Positions 53,285 through 64,000 of a stretch of 64,000 nt of DNA are shown here, piece after piece. The position numbers and the translations under genes are program-made. Below the pieces are notes generated by a model that was not told the origin of the DNA, made no database searches, and saw only the letters and a list, made by a program, of their open reading frames with translations. Every line of letters begins with the position of its first letter. The first letter of the stretch is position 1. The stretch spans positions 128,001 through 192,000 of the forward strand of contig CAWAUM010000010.1 of assembly GCA_963785235.1 (NCBI GenBank), given 5' to 3'. The DNA comes from an uncultured delta proteobacterium (GTDB lineage: Bacteria > Desulfobacterota > Desulfomonilia > UBA1062).

Positions 53285-53521
53285 TCAGAACTCCCACCAG
53301 TTCTTCTGGACGGTCGCATCGAATTTAAATGACAGCTTGAGCCTAGCCCGGAAGGCAATCACCTTTCCATTCTCCACCTTGAGGTCAAGCTTATCAACCT
53401 CGGCAATCCTCAAGTTTTTGAGACTCTTACAGGCGGTTTCCACAGCATTCTTTGCTGCATCCTCCCACGATTTTTCACTTGTCCCTATGAGTTCGATGAC
53501 ATTATAGATGCTCTCAGGCAT
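53285..53521 (-). CDS. Dodecin family flavin-binding protein
   Basis: YNVIELIGTSEKSWEDAAKNAV...RLKLSFK. Confidence 0.9.
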   Translation of the reverse strand: MPESIYNVIELIGTSEKSWEDAAKNAVETACKSLKNLRIAEVDKLDLKVENGKVIAFRARLKLSFKFDATVQKNWWEF

Positions 53522-53761
53522 GGCCTACCTCCTTGGTTTTTTTTGAACTCTTGCGGGATATTTCAACAAAACTGCTTACTGGCACCCTGATAAGGTGACA
53601 CAATGACTGATAATCAACAAAATCCCTTTAAGGTCCAATAGTAATTGCAGTCATGGGAGAGTCAAGGAAGAACGTGGTTTCAGCAATTAGCATGAGGATA
53701 GAAATCAAGTTCAAGGATTATCTGATAATCGATCTCTCGTTCAATCGAGGGATAGTTGATC

Positions 53762-54042
53762 TCACAAGGTAAGAATTTCGTCGATGGTGAGGTCTTCCAC
53801 CTGGAGCGGGTCGATCCCCTTTAACCTTGCAGAAAGCTCTTTGGCGGATATTTCTGAAAGTGGCAAGATGACCCTGTAATTGTGTTTCTCAAGCCAGATG
53901 AGAAACTGCCATGCATAACAATCACGGCAGTGGACCTTCTTTTTCGCCAGATAGGCCTCATTATCAAGCGGTTCCAGCACCTTGTGGTGGGGGCAAGCGA
54001 TATCAATGCAGAATGTCCAGATTTGTATTTCTTCGTTGCCAT
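53762..54042 (-). CDS. Small Cys-containing hypothetical protein (probable 1-nt frameshift near 54017)
   Basis: RBS + MATKKYKSG, continuing in the shifted frame as TFCIDIACPHH...HCRDCYAWQF. Confidence 0.6.
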
Positions 54043-54252
54043 GGTTTTCCTCATGTGAGTTTTATTGTTTGAAATACTATCACTTCTGCCGAACTTGGCA
54101 ACATTTTCCTGAGTGCATATCATAATATGATGTTTTTTCAGTTAATTCTAAAGATGTTTTACACATTATTGCTTCGGATAATAAGTGGTTGACAAATGAC
54201 GTTTCAAATATTTATTATTAGTTAATATTAACTATATTGAATATTTGATATT

Positions 54253-54793
54253 ATGAATATTGGATCAATACTACGGCAGAAGAGAAAAGAACGAAAACTC
54301 ATCTTGAAGACTGTGGCGGAAAAGGCCGGCATATCAGAGGGCTTTTTAAGCCAGGTGGAGAATGAGGTTAATTCACCATCGGTATATACACTTGTCAAGA
54401 TCTGCAATGCCATAGGCATTGAGGCGGGTGATTTACTCAACCAGGCCAAGCAGATGGAAAGGTTGATAGTAATCCGCAAATCAGAGTGGAAAGATGTTGA
54501 GCTGCCGCACACTGGATTTATTACCCAGAGATTTTTCCCCCCCGAGAACAGGAATGTCATCGACAGCGCCGTATTGGTTTTGGAACCGGAAAGAGCATCC
54601 CTGCAAGGAAAAATATCAAGAACGGCCAAGAGGTGCTCTGCGTGTTGAAGGGCATGGTGGAACTTGTGCATACTGACCAGACCGTAACACTATCCGAGGG
54701 TGATTCCATACATTACTATTCCACCCCTGAGAAGGAGATGATCACAACAAAAGCAAAGGTCTCTCCGTCGTCTTTTGGGTTGGAACAATATGA
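54253..54793 (+). CDS. XRE-family HTH regulator with cupin sensor domain, frameshifted
   Basis: LKTVAEKAGISEGFLSQVE...PSV; cupin piece LCVLKG...LSEGDSIHY. Confidence 0.85.
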
Positions 54794-54949
54794 TATAGTT
54801 TTATTATTCTTAGCACCTTTTATTTATTTGAGCGTTTTTTTGAATCGGATGGTTTCTTGTCTGAAGAAACATCCATTGATGGGATAGGTTTCATAAAGTA
54901 ATAAGCAGTGCGGATATACCTATAATTCCATGAGACAGGGGGGATTCCT

Positions 54950-56383
54950 ATGATCAAATTCAGCGAGCAACAGTTAAAGGTGCCTAAGCTGATGAGGCCG
55001 GTCTACCTGGTGACGGCGGGGCAGTCGAAATTCGACAGGGCAATGCCTGACAAGCGGACCGAGGAGCTTTGTGTGGATGCATTGACCATGGCGGCGATCT
55101 CCTGAATATGTCGCCGGCTGAACTGAAAAGATATATCCACACCTGCTACTACGGTCATTTTGCCGACCATTTCGGCGACCAGCTGCTGGGCGAGGCGGTC
55201 ATACACGACAGGCTGGGCCTGGATCCGCTGGGCAATATCGGCGTGAAGACCGGCGGTGCAACAGGCGGTTCCACCTCTGGGAGGCAATGAAGGCCGTGGC
55301 TTCAGGATATTCGGACTGCGTACTGGCCATGGGCTGGGAGAGGATGGACGAGGTCCCCACGGATGAGGGCAACTTCCTGATATCCTGCGCTGCTGACAAG
55401 GACTGGGAATCTCCTCTGGGGCACATCTATACCGGTTACTATGCCGTTATGGCCCAGAAATACTGGCAGGTTTTCGGCAAGGCGGAGGATTCCTTCCGAA
55501 GGACCCTGGCTGAGATAGCGGTGAAGCACCACGGCTATGCACGCTTCAATCCCTTTGCCCATGGCTCCTATGAAGATAACGGTTGATGATGTGCTGAAAT
55601 CCCCGGTGGTGGCATACCCTTGCGGGCTCTGGACGCCTGCGTCATGAGCGTTGGCGCGGCATGTGCGATCATCTGCGACGAAGATACGGCGATGAAGCTG
55701 ACGAAGAATTCGAAGCACAAACCTCTGCGAATCTGGGTGACGGCGGGTTCGCATACCCTGCGTCCTGCGACAGGCGCGATATGGAGATACCGCTGCTGCC
55801 CAACGAGACGGCGGACCAGTACAAGGATATCGGGAAAAGAATTTCCCGGTGGTGAGCGATATCCCGGTTTCACGGGATTCCTGGCGGCCCGAATGGCGGC
55901 ATGGTACGCATACCGCATGACAGGCATCAAGGATCCCACGGAGGATCTGGATGTGATCGAGCTTCATGATGCATTCACCATCAGCGACGTGCAGACCTAT
56001 GAGGATATCGGTATAAGACCCTATGGTGATGGGCGTGACTACGTCGAGTCCGGTGACTGCTATCATACCAACCCGAAGACAGGTAAACCGGGCAAGCTTC
56101 CGTCGAACCTATCCGGAGGACTTCTCGGATGCATGCACGCCGTGGGAGCCACGGGGATCATGCAGACTTCGAGATCGCCACCATCTCTGGAACCGCTGGG
56201 CCGAGATGCATGGCGATGAAAAGCTCTGGAAAAAATTCGACAGGAAGAAGCCTTCGGACTGGACCGACCTGCAGGTGAAAGGCGCCAAGAGGGCCCTGGC
56301 CATAAGCCATGCCGGTGTGGGTTCGCATGTGACGGCAACGATACTGATGGATCCGGATCATCTTATTGAAAAAAGACGCATAA
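54950..56383 (+). CDS. Thiolase-domain protein (non-canonical, SCP2/archaeal-type), multiply frameshifted
   Basis: VYLVTAGQSKF, KTGGATGG, VKHHGYARFNPFA, LDACVMSVGA, IELHDAF, SGGLLGCMHAVGATG, SHAGVG. Confidence 0.85.
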
Positions 56384-56395
56384 AGGAGAAGATCT

Positions 56396-56988
56396 ATGAG
56401 CATGTTCGGACAGGTTTATGTAAAGAAAAATCAATATAAGATAAAGGGTAATTTCCACCACCTGACGCCCAATATGCCTATAAGGAATGCCGACGACGGC
56501 TGGAAGCTCATGGGGGTGACGAATCCCAGGGATATGACCTACATCCATTCATACGGCGGTGAGGCGATATTCTTTGAATCGCTCTCCCAGGGAAAACTGA
56601 TGGCCACGAGATGCGACAACCCGAAATGCGAGTCCAAGGGCTCGATTTATCAGCCTTTCAGGATCACTGCCCCGATTGTCTGGGAAAGAAGACGGTCATA
56701 GATATGACCGACATCGCGCAAGAAGACGGCGAAGATCCACACATTCATGGTGTGCGAGAGATCAGGGGCCTTCAACCTGCTCGATAAGCCTATCAAATTC
56801 ATCAACATCGAATTCGACGGCGTATGCACGATTCTGATGAGCTATCTTGTCAATGGGCGAACCGAAGATAGGGATGAAGGTGGTGCCCATATTCAAGAAG
56901 ATCGAACCCGACCTACACGATCCTGGATCTTGCCTGGGTGCCCGAAGGTACGAAGGCGGACGCTCTGCCGCAAGGATTTTCATTTTAA
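56396..56988 (+). CDS. DUF35-type Zn-ribbon/OB-fold thiolase partner, frameshifted
   Basis: HSYGG..FFESLSQGKLMATRCDNPKC..IYQPFR.CPDC; OB-fold piece INIEFDGVCTILM. Confidence 0.8.
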
Positions 56989-57052
56989 GACGATTCACTA
57001 TATGCGGATGATGATGAGTTTGACTAATTTCTCTCATGACTTGGAGGAAGCT

Positions 57053-58207
57053 ATGTATGACTTTGGTTTAACAGATGAACAAAAGCTTCTCCGTCAAAAC
57101 ATCAGGGAGTTTGCCGAGAATGAAATAGCGCCGGTGGCCAGCAGCTTGACGAGACGGAAACATTTTCAATCGACTTACCAAGAAGATGGCCGGCATGGGG
57201 CTTTTCGGATCGTGGTTCCCGAGGAGTACGGCGGAGCCGAAATGGATTATCTGTCATACATAATCGCCGTAGAGGAGATAGCCCGCATCGACGGCTCCCA
57301 GGCGCACGGTTGCGCCGCAAATTCGCTGGGCATCGGGCCCATATACTACTTCGGAACGAGAAGCAGAAGCAGGAATGGCTGCCCAGGCTGTGCAAGGGTG
57401 AGATTCTGGCGTCCTTCGGCCTCACGGAAGCCGAAGCCGGCTCCGATGCCGGGGCGAGCAAGACGACGGCCAGACTCGAGAACGGCCAGTGGGTGGTAAA
57501 CGGCAGCAAGATCTTCATAACAAATTCAACGTCGGCACCTGGCAGGGATCTGTACGGTCCAGGCCATCACCGGCAAAAAGCCCGACGGCAAGAAGGAGGT
57601 TTCCTGCATACTGGTGCCCAACGGGACACCGGGATTCACAGCAAAGAAGATGACCGGGAAAGATGATGTGGAGATCCTCGGACACAGGGGAGCTGTACTT
57701 CGATGACTGCCGCGTCCCAGAGGAGAACCTGCTGGGCAAACAGGGCGACGGCTTTCACCAGATGCTTTCAACGCTGGACAACGGAAGGCTCGCCATCGCG
57801 GCCATGGGCCTGGGCGGGGCTCAGGGGGCATTTGAGCTGGCGCTCAAGTATGCAAAGACGCGCGAGCAGTTCGGCAAGCCCATATCTACCTTCCAGGTGA
57901 ACGCCTTCAAGCTTGCCGATATGGACACCCAGATCGAGGCCGCGCAGGGACCTGCTCTACAAGGCCTGCAGACTGAAAGACGCTGGGCTGCCCTTCCGCA
58001 AGCTTGCCGCCATGGCGAAGCTCTACTGCTCCGAGATGATGGGCAGGGTGGTGGACGAGGCCGTCCAGATACACGGCGGCTACGGCCTCATGAAGGAATA
58101 CAACATTGAGCGCTTCTTACCGGGATTACAAGCTGCTCACCATCGGTGAAGGAACATCGGAGATCCAGCGTATCGTCATCTCAAGGGAGATCGGCTGCTA
58201 CTCATGA
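57053..58207 (+). CDS. Acyl-CoA dehydrogenase, frameshifted
   Basis: FGLTDEQ, FGLTEAEAGSDA, NGSKIFITN, REQFGKPI, VQIHGGYG, IGEGTSEIQR. Confidence 0.9.
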
Positions 58208-58336
58208 ATAATGCGATACTCATAAGCTTGGAGGACTTGATTATAAGGACCATGAAATTATCGTTATAAGTCAGGCCTGCACCATTGAGAAACCGGCATC
58301 TTCAGAAGAGACCAAGGGAGTACTCGGGTGTCAACT

Positions 58337-59350
58337 ATGCGCAAGGTAAAGATAGAGGGAAAAGATATTGAATTAAAGTCAGGGCAGAATGAATTATTCA
58401 CCAATCCTGACTCGGATGCTGCCAGGGAATTTTTCAGGACGAAATCACGGGCGCTTGAAGCCGAAGCTCTCAACCGTGGAAGAAGTCGTGAGGACAATGG
58501 TCCATGACGGCGATTATATCGGCATAGGCGGGTTCGGCGCCAACAGGATACCCACGGCAATTCTTCATGAGATTGTAAGGCAGGGGAAAAACATCTGGGT
58601 CTTGCGGGTCATACCTCCACACATGACTTCCAGATCCTGGCTGCGGGTGAATGTTTTGACCGGTGTGATATCGCATATGTAATAGGCCTTGAGGCACGGG
58701 GACTGTCTCCCAATGCAAGGCGGTATATCGAAAGCGGCAAGGTGAAGATCACCGAATGGACCAACGCTACGCTTTCCTGGCGCATAAAAGCAGCCGCCAT
58801 GGGGCTTTCCTTTCTGCCGGCGAGAAACCTGATGGGGACGGATACGTTCAAGTACAGCGCAGCCAAAGAGATACTCTGCCCGTTCACCGGACAAAAGTAC
58901 GTTGCGCATCCGGCGCTGTATCCGGACTTTGCAGCCATCCATGTGCACGAGAGCGATATCTACGGCAACGCACACGTATATGGGGCCTCTGTCTCGGATC
59001 AGGATCTGGCAAAGGCCTCAAAGCGCGTTGTACTCACTACGGAGAAGATCATCCCGACTGAAAAGATCCGTCAAAATCCGGAAGCGACCTTTATTCCCTT
59101 CTGGTGTGTCGATGCCGTCATTGAGATTCCCTATGGAAGCTATCCGGGCAACATGCCGTATGAGTACTTCTCGGATGAGGAGCACCTGAGAGAGTGGCTC
59201 ACTGTTGAAAAGAACCCGGATGAATTCAAGAAGTTCATTGATAAGCAGATATTCGGCACCAAGAATTTTTATGAATACCTCGATCTCAATGGCGGCATAG
59301 AAAAGATGAAGAAGCTCCGGGCCATAGAGCTCTTAATAGATAAAAAGTAG
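58337..59350 (+). CDS. Family I CoA-transferase subunit A (glutaconate CoA-transferase GctA-like), frameshifted
   Basis: VHDGDYIGIGGF..RIP, AAAMGLSFLP, GTD, CPFTG, PDFAAIHV..D.YGN. Confidence 0.85.
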
Positions 59351-59360
59351 GGGTGCCAAG

Positions 59361-60130
59361 ATGGCTGATTATAATCAGATTGAACTCATGATCTGTGTCG
59401 CAGCAAGAAATCTGGAGGACGGTTCTACGGTTGTTGTCGGCACAGGGGCCCCATGCGCTGCTGCAATGCTCGCCAGAAGACCCACTCGCCGAACATCTGC
59501 ATACTGTTTGAGGCAGGAGGTGTAGCGCCGATCCTTCCAGCCATGCCGATTCGGTTGGGGACTCCCGTACGTTCCATAGGGCTATCATGGCGAGTTCAAT
59601 GCCCGAAATCATGGAAACCTGCCAGCGCGGGATGGTCGATTACACATTTCTGGGCGGTGCCCAGATCGACATGTACGGGAACATCAATTCCACGATGATT
59701 GGCAAGGACCATTCCAGGCCCAAGGTAAGATTCCCGGGATCAGGAGGGGCGAATGACCTTGCCTCGCTCTGCTGGCGCACCATGATGATGACTGTGCAGG
59801 ATGCAAAGCGTTTTACGAATGATATCGATTTCATCACATCTCCGGGATATCTCCAGGGCGGTAACTCGCGCTATGATGCCGGACTCCCGAAGGGAACAGG
59901 GCCTTACAGGATAATCACCCATATGGCGATCATGGGATTTGATGATGAGACCAAGAGGATGAAGGTCCTGTCCATAAACCCCGGATATACGAGAAAGGAT
60001 GTTCAGGACAACTGCGGTTTTGAACTGCTGTGGGCGGATGACATCACGGAGACTGATCCTCCGCATAAATCAGAGCTTAGGCATATTGAGAGAAGAAGTT
60101 GACCCGAACAGGTATATAATAGGCAGATGA
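59361..60130 (+). CDS. Family I CoA-transferase subunit B (GctB-like), frameshifted
   Basis: ELMICVAARNLEDG..VGTG.P, LFEAG, LGGAQIDMYGNINST, PGSGGAND. Confidence 0.85.
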
Positions 60131-60134
60131 GTCA

Positions 60135-60915
60135 ATGAGATCAAGCAGATCACTCGAAAAACTGGTTGCGCACCTCCATGGACAGCTTGTTGATAGTGGC
60201 TCTGTGCTCATCGAGTCACCCAAACACCTGCGTGACAATTCAACCGGTCGCATGCGAAGGCATGATGTCGTTCTGACAGTCACATCCGGATATCATACGT
60301 CTCTGGTTGCAATTGAATGCCGGGAGCGGAACCGGCCGGTTGGATTATCTCAGCTTGCGGCATTCGCTCGAAAGTGCGCCGCAACATCCATAGACAAATC
60401 AGCCATCGTCTCATCATGCGGTTTCACCAGAACAGCCCTTTGCAGGGCGAAGTCACTCGGTATACATTGTCTGTCTTTTGAGCAGGTTGATAGTTTTTCC
60501 TGGTTTCATTGTGAGATGAGCTTCTGTCAATTTCGAACAAAATATTCACATATAGATTTCGCCATTATCCCTGAGAAATGTTTTGCGAGAAAACCCACCT
60601 CATTCATGCTCATAAACGATGATGGCCAGACCGTCTCACCTGATGATTTACGTGACTACTTGTTTGCCGCTTTGATCCAACGACAGAGAGATCCCTCTGA
60701 TCTTGCAGCCTGGAGACATAGTTGAACGCATAAGGGTGTTTCCAAGGAATCTCAGCATCATTGATACGGATACGGGTATCACCCGGAAAGTTCAGCAGAT
60801 CAGTGTTGTCGCATACTGTAAGAGCGAAAAGATGGATCAGGTCTTTTATATTGCAGGAGCAAAAAGATACTACATCCAGTTCCCCTTATGTCCGCCCTTC
60901 CCAACTATTGAATGA
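60135..60915 (+). CDS. Mrr-like PD-(D/E)XK restriction-endonuclease-domain protein, frameshifted near 60715
   Basis: RRHDVV...VAIECR..RPVG...AIVSSCGFT. Confidence 0.65.
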
Positions 60916-61135
60916 TCCCGGCTTCAGCGATGCGGTAATATTTATGCGTAAAAGTATAAATTAGATAAACGGGTACAATACGTTAACCCGGATTTTGCAC
61001 TTGAACGTACCCGAAGTGATCATGAAATTGTTTTAAAATCTTGGTTTAACATTGCAATTTGGTTTCGAAGTATCAAGATGTTAATCTCTGATGAATCTAC
61101 AAACATGGATTCAGGTTCCAGGATCCACTTAGGTG

Positions 61136-62648
61136 TCACATAGGGCAATTGAACCGGACTATATTCCTTCGGGTTAACTCATCATGCCGGACATCACCTG
61201 TACTACCGACCAGTTCGAACTTCTCCATGTGCAGAAGTTCTTCCGGCCCAGCATCAATATATGCCAGGGTCCTGCTGCCATCTCCAAGCCTCCCGACCAC
61301 AGTCCCTGAGAGCGCCTTACCGGCACTGTCATGCCTGATGACATAGGCCTCAACCACCAGAGAACCTGATGCCCTTTCAATGGGCTTAGGCATGGCCTGT
61401 GCATCGATAAAGCGCTGCATGGGCGAATCATCCCGGTCCTCCCATGGATGCGCAGAAGGCGATCCTGCGTAGATGCCGACAGAGTGTTTTGTCAAATACC
61501 AACCATTCGCAGTAACCATGGCCTTGAGCGAACGGTCTTTTCTGATCAGATCTACCACCGTTGCGATGGCATGCATGGAATAGTTATTCCCAGGACCGCC
61601 GAAGAAGGACATACCCCCAGTAACGCTCAAGTCCCTTGGGTCACCCTCCAGAATGCCTACCTCTCTCCTGGCGATATCAAAAGCAGCTGGAAAGCAGCTA
61701 TAGATGTCGAACACACCGATTTCCTCAAGGGTTATATCTGCCTGTTCAAGAGCGATGCGTGATGCATTGCGTATGGCCGGCGACTCGTGCAGGCACGGCC
61801 TGCGGGTGACATGCCAGATGTCATTGAGGTCCGCACCGCCAGTGGGATAGACCCATTTATCCTCGCTGATACCAAGGGACCGCGCAGAATCTTCAGTGGT
61901 CAGGATGAGCGCTGCAGACTGGTCCACATTGATATTGGCATTCATGCACTTGGTATACGGATATCCGATATACCGGTTATCCGGCGTGGGCGTGGCGATC
62001 TCCGCCGCAGTCAACAACCTTCTTGACCATGCAAACTGATTTTGGGATGCAATGCGGGAAAGCCGCTCAAAGGACTTGCCCATATACCTCAGGTGTTCTT
62101 CGGGCGACCTGCCATCTGATGCCCTCAACGATGTTTCAAACAACGGGTACATGAATGACGGGAGGATGAGGTCATATAACTCCTCTATCTCATCGATATC
62201 CGTTTGTATTCTCTCCGTCGATCCTCTCCGGCGGAGCGCTCTGTGGCCAGTCAAGCACGATATCCCCCTTCATGGCGCTCCGTATGGAATAGATGGCTTC
62301 GGCCCCGGTCATAAGCACTGCCTTGCATCTGCCTGAGGCCAGGTCCCTTGCTGCCTTGTTCACCATAAGCTGCGGTGTGTTGCCTCCCACAGGGAGATAA
62401 AATGCCTGAGCCGGATTGATGCCAAGCCTTGCCGAAAGCATGCCGGGTGCATCCCGGTAAGGCCACTGGAAGAGATTAATCACATACACACAATCGATAA
62501 GGTCTTTCAGCCTTGGTTCATCCGCATCGCACAGGGCATCATGGCTTGTCTTTGCCATGAGGCCCAGCGGGTCAAGGGGCTTTTCCGTTCCCTTGCGCTG
62601 AGTGTACTGGGCTGCGCCTATTATGACAGGGACAAAGGGCCTTCTCAT
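61136..62648 (-). CDS. Thiolase-like protein (TLP1-type acetyl-CoA acetyltransferase family), frameshift near 62200
   Basis: PVIIGAAQ, GGNTPQ, NRYIGYPYTK.MNA, DIYSCFP, GGMSFFGGPGNNYSMHAI. Confidence 0.85.
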
Positions 62649-62737
62649 ATTCTTAGGGAGGATTTTTCACGACATATGCAAGGAATTGTATTTTCGGTTT
62701 TAGTCATACTCGCTGAGCCTCCCGGTGCAACGACATG

Positions 62738-63493
62738 TCAGAATTTTTTTAGAGCATCTTTCAGGAGCTTGCGTGCTTCATCAGAATACCAGCAATCGAT
62801 GAACGCCTTTGCCTTCTTCTCTCCTGATATGAGAAAACGCTTTTCGACTTCTTCTGTCCGATTCTGTTTTATTAATGCAAATGCATTGAGAGGACAAGAA
62901 CCTATGCCCTTTGCCTTCCTGAGGGCATGCTCTTCCACTTCACCGGTCGGTAAAACCTTGTCAACCAGGCCCATCTGAAGGGACTCCATAGGACCGTAGA
63001 ACTCCCCGGTATCAGTTATCTCCTTTGCGATACGTGCCCCTACGATATCCCTCAGCACGCAGTCGGCAAGATATGGGACAGGGACCCGAAGCTTGATTTC
63101 ATTGAGACCCATCAATCTTCTGTGGTCCCCCATAAATCGATAATCGCAGCACAGCACAAGGATACAGCCGCCTGCCACGGCATGCCCTGTAATGGCGGCA
63201 ACCGTGGGCTTGGGAAATGTGTACAGGCTGAGGCATACCCTGTTGAACGCCTTGTAGAATAACTCGAAATCCTCCCTTGGATAATCAAACATCTTCTGGA
63301 TGTCAAAGCCTATGGAAAAGAACTTGTCACTGCTGCTGCCAAGCACAAGTCCAAGTACATGCGGGTCCTGCCTTGTTCTCTTCAGGATTTCATCCAGCTC
63401 ACCCACAAGCTTCAGATCCAGGGCATTTTTGATGTCCCGATTCAACCTGACTATTGCTACTGTGTCCTGATAATCTAAAGAAATCATACCCAT
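62738..63493 (-). CDS. Enoyl-CoA hydratase/isomerase family protein
   Basis: FFSIGFD, KPTVAAITGHAVAGG, GLNEI, MGLVD. Confidence 0.9.
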   Translation of the reverse strand: MGMISLDYQDTVAIVRLNRDIKNALDLKLVGELDEILKRTRQDPHVLGLVLGSSSDKFFSIGFDIQKMFDYPREDFELFYKAFNRVCLSLYTFPKPTVAAITGHAVAGGCILVLCCDYRFMGDHRRLMGLNEIKLRVPVPYLADCVLRDIVGARIAKEITDTGEFYGPMESLQMGLVDKVLPTGEVEEHALRKAKGIGSCPLNAFALIKQNRTEEVEKRFLISGEKKAKAFIDCWYSDEARKLLKDALKKF

Positions 63494-63628
63494 ATTTCAC
63501 CCTGCCCTGCCTGCTATCCGCCATAGACTATAGGTCAAACTGCAAAAAATGATATAAGACATTATACGTTGTTCATGTGCTGTTTGATAGATTGAATTTC
63601 CGGTTTGAATATATATATAAGGATTCTC

Positions 63629-63835
63629 ATGGCGTTCATACGGATGAAAGGTGTGGAAGGGTTAGTCTATGTCCCGCAGGATGATGGGGGCTTGAAAAAG
63701 CACCCATGCCAAGACTGCTACTTCTGCCAGTGGTGCAGCGATAACAGATGCGATCTGTGCCTTAAGGCAAAATCGTGTAAAAATACAGCCGGAGTGGTTG
63801 ATATCATCACCCTTGATTCCATAAAACACCGTTGA
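63629..63835 (+). CDS. Small Cys-rich hypothetical protein
   Basis: KHPCQDCYFCQWCSDNRCDLC. Confidence 0.6.
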   Translation: MAFIRMKGVEGLVYVPQDDGGLKKHPCQDCYFCQWCSDNRCDLCLKAKSCKNTAGVVDIITLDSIKHR

Positions 63836-64000
63836 GATGGCGGATGCTCTTCAAGGTGAAGCATATTTTTTTGAACCAGGGTGTTATGGAATACATCATT
63901 TGGACGATACACTATGTGAGCACATCATAGGAGAATCTGAATGAACTATAGGTCAGAGACAGTGATAAGTAATGCAATAAAAGAATTGTTTGAGATTATG

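Noticed and set aside
56747-57499. Apparent DUF35/acyl-CoA dehydrogenase fusion ORF
   Set aside because: Frameshift product; the OB-fold gene stops at 56988 and the dehydrogenase has its own GGAGG RBS and ATG at 57053

Overview
Chromosomal segment of an anaerobic Deltaproteobacterium-type organism (Desulfobacterota/Desulfomonilia-like; inferred from gene content), most likely a metagenomic long-read contig. Housekeeping genes are intact (hcp, RND efflux, fkbp, greB, kefG/kefB-like, dprA-topA-trmFO, csp, pepD, serA, purA, ltaE). Three blocks (about 0.4-1.8 kb, 22.9-31.2 kb, 53.8-62.3 kb) are full of single-base indels that look like consensus errors rather than pseudogenes. No rRNA, tRNA, CRISPR array or transposase was seen. 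Signals the ORF track misses: (1) a Tyr/Phe-rich 22-aa leader peptide with terminator/antiterminator upstream of an iorAB-paaK-ACT-liv-paaK2 operon, suggesting an attenuation-controlled route that salvages aryl acids into aromatic amino acids; (2) a UGA-recoded, otherwise Cys-free peroxiredoxin-like selenoprotein with a SECIS-like hairpin; (3) an alpha/beta-hydrolase-PilZ fusion; (4) an internally deleted serA remnant beside a replacement serA; (5) an acyl-CoA cluster with two non-canonical thiolase-fold proteins; (6) a 722-bp tandem duplication and scattered REP-like palindromes.
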